The notes beneath the pieces were generated by a model, which saw only the letters and a list, made by a program, of their open reading frames with translations, did no database searches and was not told the DNA's origin. A stretch of DNA of 45,141 nucleotides from a virus. This document shows positions 41,263 to 45,141 of the stretch, in pieces (positions within the stretch are counted from its first letter, which is position 1; every line of letters starts with the position of its first letter). The translations under genes and the position numbers were made by a program. The stretch covers positions 1 through 45,141 of the IMG/VR virus record IMGVR_UViG_3300028831_000169. One strand, 5' to 3'.

Positions 41263-41477
41263 TGTCTTTTGGAGTCAGCCAACGCTTTGATTGTTGCGTC
41301 TATTTCCCAAGGCATTAATCCGATTGTTTGCCATTGGCTTCCATTATGCGTGATAGACAATGTTTTTTCTCCTTCAAAAGAAGGGTGACAGCACGGCTTG
41401 ACCTCAACAGTAAAATGTTTTTTACGATACTTAAGCAAGTCGTCGTTAGGTATGGTGGTCTGTCTCGTTGTGTCCAT
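41259..41477 (-). CDS. Hypothetical protein (72 aa)
   Basis: Track ORF. Its ATG lies inside motif copy C. Confidence 0.5.
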   Translation of the reverse strand: MDTTRQTTIPNDDLLKYRKKHFTVEVKPCCHPSFEGEKTLSITHNGSQWQTIGLMPWEIDATIKALADSKRQ

Positions 41478-41500
41478 AGGTCTATAGGAAGTGGGGTTTC
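41457..41500 (-). promoter_or_regulatory. Recurrent motif copy C (GAAACCCCACTTCCTATAGACC...AACGAGACAGACC)
   Basis: Starts at the stop of the 51-aa ORF and runs into ATG 41477. Confidence 0.45.
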
Positions 41501-41654
41501 AAGATAAAATCCAAATCACAAGAGAAATAGAAAGTAGAAAAAGTATCCCCAGAGAATACAACGCAGCCTTACGTTTCTCAGCCTGGGAGATTAAGTACTC
41601 CCTGTTTCTGTTCAGTAGGTACAAGGAGCAGTCTTGTGTGATTGTTTTTATCAT
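41499..41654 (-). CDS. Small C-terminal-TM protein (51 aa), not in track
   Basis: MIKTITQDCSLYLLNRNREYLISQAEKRKAALYSLGILFLLSISLVIWILS. The ATG overlaps the upstream stop (ATGA). Confidence 0.45.
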   Translation of the reverse strand: MIKTITQDCSLYLLNRNREYLISQAEKRKAALYSLGILFLLSISLVIWILS

Positions 41655-42223
41655 TTTGGTTGCCTTGTTGCCGTGGGGTTGTTGTTATCATTGGGGACAG
41701 GCTGCCTTCTTATAGGAAAAGTCTTTTGCACTATGGAAGGAACGTGGCAGCGCATCGCGTTTGGCAGCCAATCGGTGATTCCGTACGTTTCAGACGCCCA
41801 CGCCTTAGCTTTTGGAAACGACTCCGATCTATTGCCAGTGAATGTTTTGCTTCCGTAATCGTACCACGCAGCAGATGGGTCGGTCTTGAAAAACGGGCTG
41901 TAAACTTGGCATCCGACCGTTGTATTATCCACAACGGAGCTTCTCGCTAGACTTACGCGCAACGAGTGATACGCGGACAAAATAAAAGGGACGCAACAGA
42001 CCGGCTCACCAGTTCTATCGCGCCCCTCAAAAAGGATTTGCCCGAAAGCGGGATAATCACTTCCGGGCAACCTCTCAGCAACGGCTGAGCCATATTCTCG
42101 CTGACCGAAGCGCGTAGCGTCTCGGTGCGGGAGAATTCCTTTAGATTGTTCCGAGCAATCATCCTGCTCACGAACGAGATATTGGCAAAAGGGAATCATG
42201 TTTTCAAGACAATTTTTCATCAT
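41651..42223 (-). CDS. Hypothetical protein (190 aa) with a C-terminal tail paralogous to that of 43329..43613
   Basis: Track ORF, coupled to neighbours on both sides. Tail PVPNDNNNPTATRQPK. Confidence 0.5.
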   Translation of the reverse strand: MMKNCLENMIPFCQYLVREQDDCSEQSKGILPHRDATRFGQREYGSAVAERLPGSDYPAFGQILFEGRDRTGEPVCCVPFILSAYHSLRVSLARSSVVDNTTVGCQVYSPFFKTDPSAAWYDYGSKTFTGNRSESFPKAKAWASETYGITDWLPNAMRCHVPSIVQKTFPIRRQPVPNDNNNPTATRQPK

Positions 42224-42516
42224 TTTACCCCGGCCAACTCAAGAATGTGTTTAATTTCGTGGTTGGTCTTGGCAAGTCGTACCTTTTGAATTGCAATCGC
42301 TCGCTGGATTTCCTCTGGTGATTCAGTCCAATACGAGCCGTTGCTTGCTATCGTAAGTCCCCATCCACACTCGAACACTAGCGTCTTGCATCCAGCCGCC
42401 AAATCTGGACGACCGATAGGCAACGCATTTTTCAAAAGTCCTTTGACCGTGCAACCGATAAAGGTTCGGAAGCACTCACTGTTGTTCGATCCGCTACTAT
42501 GGTCATGTTTTCTCAT
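42220..42516 (-). CDS. Hypothetical protein (98 aa)
   Basis: Track ORF. Confidence 0.55.
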   Translation of the reverse strand: MRKHDHSSGSNNSECFRTFIGCTVKGLLKNALPIGRPDLAAGCKTLVFECGWGLTIASNGSYWTESPEEIQRAIAIQKVRLAKTNHEIKHILELAGVK

Positions 42517-42537
42517 GGTTTTGCTCCGTTATTGGCG

Positions 42538-42825
42538 CTACTTCTTGTTTTCTTGTTGCCTTGCTTCCACTGAACCTTTTCCATCCACTGAGACAGGCAT
42601 CCCCAGCGTTTTAAGAAGTTCCTTCTCCATTTTGTCGATCTGTTTTTGATGCTCGAATAACTGTGGGTGTTCGCTTGAAATCATGGCTCGCAAATATCCG
42701 TCCGCCAGTTCGTCGGCTGTGATCTTCGCAATATCTGTGGACTTGGATTTTCCTAGAAGCCATAATGCGCGAAATACTGACTTGGACACAAAGAGTTGCT
42801 TCTTGCTGTCGCGTTCGTAGGTCAT
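42538..42825 (-). CDS. Hypothetical protein (95 aa)
   Basis: Track ORF. Confidence 0.55.
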   Translation of the reverse strand: MTYERDSKKQLFVSKSVFRALWLLGKSKSTDIAKITADELADGYLRAMISSEHPQLFEHQKQIDKMEKELLKTLGMPVSVDGKGSVEARQQENKK

Positions 42826-43052
42826 ACGTCATCGTCCCAATGTGAACCGGCAGTAACGAGCTTTGACAGTTCTTCGTCCAATCGTAGCGGTTCGTTGCAC
42901 CAGGGGCATTTTAAATTGGCCTTGTTCGTTGTGGGAAGTATCTCGATCCATTCGTTACAAATCGGACATTGGAAGTCGTGATGTTTCATGTGAGGATGGT
43001 TGCGATGTTCACGCTCGCAAACGCGACGTTGATTGGTAACATGATTGCCCAA
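42822..43052 (-). CDS. Zinc-ribbon protein (76 aa)
   Basis: CPICNEW...CPWCNEPL. Confidence 0.55.
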   Translation of the reverse strand: MGNHVTNQRRVCEREHRNHPHMKHHDFQCPICNEWIEILPTTNKANLKCPWCNEPLRLDEELSKLVTAGSHWDDDV

Positions 43053-43153
43053 AGCAGGACATTTACTCCGTTGTAAATAAAATAAATGCTAAGTCCAATT
43101 AAGCAGCACTGGATTATCAATATCATGATTGCTACGACTTGGTATCTATTCAT
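42986..43153 (-). CDS. Two-TM membrane protein (55 aa from ATG 43153)
   Basis: MNRYQVVAIMILIIQCCLIGLSIYFIYNGVNVLLWAIML... The ATG overlaps the upstream stop. Confidence 0.5.
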   Translation of the reverse strand: MNRYQVVAIMILIIQCCLIGLSIYFIYNGVNVLLWAIMLPINVAFASVNIATILT

Positions 43154-43326
43154 TTTAGGTTGTCTGTCTCGTTGCATGTTTGGTCTGTAGCAGGTGGGGT
43201 TTCGTCCGAAAAACAAGTACAATCGTCATCCCATTCTCCGCACTCAGTACACCAATGTTCGCCTTGTGGCGGATCACTAGGGTCGAATCCTCTGTGATAT
43301 TTTACTCTCTCAGGTGCTTCTCTCAT
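43150..43326 (-). CDS. Cys-rich acidic small protein (58 aa), not in track
   Basis: MREAPERVKYHRGFDPSDPPQGEHWCTECGEWDDDCTCFSDETPPATDQTCNETDNLK. Contains motif copy D. Confidence 0.45.
   Translation of the reverse strand: MREAPERVKYHRGFDPSDPPQGEHWCTECGEWDDDCTCFSDETPPATDQTCNETDNLK
43158..43203 (-). promoter_or_regulatory. Recurrent motif copy D (GAAACCCCACCTGCTACAGACC...AACGAGACAGACAACC)
   Basis: Lies inside the 58-aa ORF, 9 nt upstream of ATG 43153. Confidence 0.4.
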
Positions 43327-43328
43327 TT

Positions 43329-43613
43329 TTAAGGTTGCCTTTCATCCGTGGAGTCGTTGTCAACGGCGGGGACAGGCCACCCGCTTTGCGCTACCCATTT
43401 ACCGTATCGCTCGCGTTCTTCGGGTGTGTATTGGAGTGCTTCAAGTTTGCCGTTCGAAACTCCGCGTCCATATTCTTCGGACAGTTGTTCATTGTGAAGG
43501 TCTTTTATCTCAGTTAGAAATTTACCTTCGTCCAAAGACGCTCGGAACATGACTGTTCCGCACCACAACCGAAATTCCTTTTCCTCAACGCTCGTTGTCC
43601 ATTCGGTGCTCAT
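43329..43613 (-). CDS. Hypothetical protein (94 aa)
   Basis: Track ORF. Tail PVPAVDNDSTDERQP. Confidence 0.55.
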   Translation of the reverse strand: MSTEWTTSVEEKEFRLWCGTVMFRASLDEGKFLTEIKDLHNEQLSEEYGRGVSNGKLEALQYTPEERERYGKWVAQSGWPVPAVDNDSTDERQP

Positions 43614-43762
43614 TTGATTGGTGATGTTGGCATTTTGGACTCAGGCTCGGCTTTCCGGCGTTTACGCCATTCGCGTTTCCTTGCATTGATCGTTTGACGA
43701 TTCGCTTTTGAGTACGCTTTCTGGTACTCTTTGCGTTCGGTGTAGTCAGCAATGTTTGTCAT
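43610..43762 (-). CDS. Small basic protein (50 aa), not in track
   Basis: MTNIADYTERKEYQKAYSKANRQTINARKREWRKRRKAEPESKMPTSPIK. Its stop overlaps ATG 43613. Confidence 0.45.
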   Translation of the reverse strand: MTNIADYTERKEYQKAYSKANRQTINARKREWRKRRKAEPESKMPTSPIK

Positions 43763-43767
43763 TGGTC

Positions 43768-44511
43768 TTAAAAAGGAATCTCGCCCTCGTCGTCCCTGCG
43801 TTGATCTAATTCGTCAGGCTGTTGAGATTTTGACGCTTGAATTTCGCGGTTCGCTTTTTCTTCGTCGTTTACAGGTTCAGCTTGCTCGACTCGTGTACGC
43901 TTAAAGTAATTCCTGAGATATTCCTGTAATTGAACATCGAGGCCGGTCGCGGCGTCGTTTACGTCCTGCGGTAGACCGAGAAGTTTGAATACCGGCGTCT
44001 GATATTTTATGCCGCCTTTTTTCCCGCTTTTGGATTCTACAATCTGGATGCCGCTTTTGTAGATGTTGGCGCGGTTCTCTTTTTCAAATTCCATCCATGC
44101 TTGAAGCGCCGAACCGTGAAACTGGATACTGCCAAGTGCAAGTTCGCGTTTCTCATCGGTAAAGGCCATGTAACAGTTGAGGGTGAACTTGCCGCCATTA
44201 GCTTTTACCTTGTCTTTGATGTCGGAGTAAAAGCCTTCTGCAATCGGTTCGCGCATCTTGAAGGATTTAACGATGAAGGGTTCGCTCCTAGTATCGTGAA
44301 CTTCGTTTGCGTAGATCGAGGCTTCGCTTGCATCATGCCAGCCTTTAACGGTTGCCAACCGATCTAGGAGAATGAAATCGAACGGGACAGTGACTTCTAC
44401 GTTGGTTTTGTTTTCCTTGTCGTAATACCGGAGGTTGCCGTTGCCTCCCTGCCACTCGAACCAGCGCGTGCAAGGGTTTGGAATGTTATCTATCGGGTTT
44501 GATCTGCTCAT
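43768..44511 (-). CDS. Single-stranded DNA-binding protein, T7 gp2.5-like body with a bacterial-SSB-type acidic ...DDEGEIPF tip
   Basis: The acidic C-terminal tail ends in IPF. The internal segment KFTLNCYMAFTDEK resembles gp2.5 FKFKCYASFQDKK (from memory). Confidence 0.55.
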   Translation of the reverse strand: MSRSNPIDNIPNPCTRWFEWQGGNGNLRYYDKENKTNVEVTVPFDFILLDRLATVKGWHDASEASIYANEVHDTRSEPFIVKSFKMREPIAEGFYSDIKDKVKANGGKFTLNCYMAFTDEKRELALGSIQFHGSALQAWMEFEKENRANIYKSGIQIVESKSGKKGGIKYQTPVFKLLGLPQDVNDAATGLDVQLQEYLRNYFKRTRVEQAEPVNDEEKANREIQASKSQQPDELDQRRDDEGEIPF

Positions 44512-44747
44512 GTTTGGGGTAGCCTGTCTCGTTGTTTACGTTGGTCTATTGGTGTCGCTGCTGCGCATACCTGAATTTTGTCCTGTTTCTGATCTGAAAA
44601 TTTGGCTGCTCTAAGTCTAGAAGCGTGCCAGTCACAAAGTACTGTGTCTTTTCCGTTTACTTGCTCTACTTGTGTTGCGGTGGTTAAGTCTGAGCATCGT
44701 TCACACCAAATGCGGTTACGAATTAAAAACCGTTCGTAGGCGTTCAT
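44508..44747 (-). CDS. Hypothetical Cys-containing protein (79 aa)
   Basis: Track ORF. Its ATG overlaps the stop of the repeat protein. Its 3' end carries motif copy B. Confidence 0.55.
   Translation of the reverse strand: MNAYERFLIRNRIWCERCSDLTTATQVEQVNGKDTVLCDWHASRLRAAKFSDQKQDKIQVCAAATPIDQRKQRDRLPQT
44520..44566 (-). promoter_or_regulatory. Recurrent motif, partial copy B (GCGCAGCAGCGACACCAATAGACC...CAACGAGACAGGCTA)
   Basis: Ends 10 nt upstream of the SSB ATG. Shares the 13-mer ACGAGACAGGCTA with copy A. Confidence 0.4.
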
Positions 44748-45141
44748 GGGTTTATTGAGAATCCAAGGGTGTTTTTTTCTGTTGGGATCGCGATTTCAAG
44801 CCCGTTGAGGTAAGCGTCCCTGATTCCTGCCGTGAGTAGATCGATAGGGTGTGTAATCCACTTGTTAAATGACGCGAAATTGATGGTGAGCGCATCCCGC
44901 GCATCCCGCGCATCCCCCGCATCCCCCGCATCCCGCGCAGCCCGCGCAGCCCACGCATCCCGCGCAGCCCACGCATCCCGCGCAGCCCGCGCAGCCCACG
45001 CATCCCACGCATCCCACGCATCCCACGCAGCCCACGCAGCCCACGCAGCCCGCGCAGCCCACGCATCCCGCGCAGCCCGCGCAGCCCACGCATCCCACGC
45101 ATCCCACGCATCCCACGCAGCCCACGCAGCCCACGCAGCCC
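44744..45141 (-). CDS. Tripeptide-repeat protein, C-terminal part. Open to the window end, absent from the track.
   Basis: Third minus frame: ...[71 protein letters not shown]-stop. The TGA (44746..44744) overlaps ATG 44747 (ATGA). The frame is consistent with 1..644 once the 100-nt overlap is removed (45041 mod 3 = 2). Confidence 0.75.
   Translation of the reverse strand, partial: AAWAAWAAWDAWDAWDAWAARAARDAWAARAAWAAWAAWDAWDAWDAWAARAARDAWAARDAWAARAARDAGDAGDARDARDALTINFASFNKWITHPIDLLTAGIRDAYLNGLEIAIPTEKNTLGFSINP
44890..45141. repeat. 9-bp tandem array NCGCAKCCC, 28 units (N=A/G/C, K=G/T)
   Basis: Direct reading. Units 9-18 and 19-28 have the identical variant order, which gives a 90-bp higher-order period. 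Confidence 0.95.

Noticed and set aside
41491-41950. Plus-strand ORFs 41491..41715, 41634..41858 and 41642..41950
   Set aside because: They oppose the leftward gene chain, which is supported by ATGA couplings (41651..42223 with 41499..41654). No RBS is evident.
44752-45134. Track ORFs 44752..45111 (MRGMRGLRG..., Gly-X-Y collagen-like periodicity) and 44865..45134 (GCVGCAGC...) as the coding frames of the repeat
   Set aside because: Both are by-products of the 9-bp periodicity. Neither continues into the open frame at 1-644, and their tails after the repeat are short and not coupled to neighbours. The third frame is continuous across the junction and ends in an ATGA overlap with the next gene.
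44890-45141. Diversity-generating retroelement (template/variable repeat) as an explanation for the two-site variation
   Set aside because: No reverse transcriptase or second cognate repeat copy exists in the window. The variation is A/G and G/T at fixed positions within tandem units, not adenine-specific differences between a TR/VR pair.

Overview
The window looks like one complete tailed-phage genome of about 45.0 kb, podovirus-like in gene content. Both ends fall inside the same 9-bp tandem array: bases 1-100 are identical to 45042-45141.

There are two arms. The rightward arm (2661-35726) carries:
- an HTH/small-terminase-like gene, a PD-(D/E)xK nuclease and TerL;
- portal, scaffold-like protein and a DUF5309-like major capsid protein;
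- fibre proteins with CBM5/12-like motifs and Thr/Ala/Pro linkers, and nozzle-like proteins;
- an internal-virion block that includes a 1352-aa giant protein;
- a free-standing HNH/NUMOD3 endonuclease and a PurD-like ATP-grasp enzyme;
- a run of about 11 tiny membrane-protein genes;
- a TROVE/Ro60-vWA gene preceded by two structured RNA modules.

The leftward arm runs 2516 -> 1 -> (wrap) 45141 -> 35823. It carries small early genes, a gp2.5-like SSB, HNH/Zn-ribbon proteins, a divergent HTH switch, a DUF433/DUF5615-like toxin-antitoxin pair, and a replisome organiser plus DnaC-like loader.

I saw no DNA polymerase, RNA polymerase, integrase, tRNA or CRISPR array by eye.

The observations I rate highest are:
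1. An ORF missing from the supplied track reads through the 9-bp array as an (A/D)-A-(R/W/G) tripeptide repeat and joins the two window ends into one gene.
2. Two tandem paralogous RNA modules with compensatory helix changes sit directly upstream of the Ro60-like gene (candidate Y-RNA-like partners or a Ro-binding leader).
3. A motif of about 45 nt recurs at gene boundaries, conserved at nucleotide level and not at protein level.

Every functional call rests on motif recognition by eye. None was confirmed by a database search.
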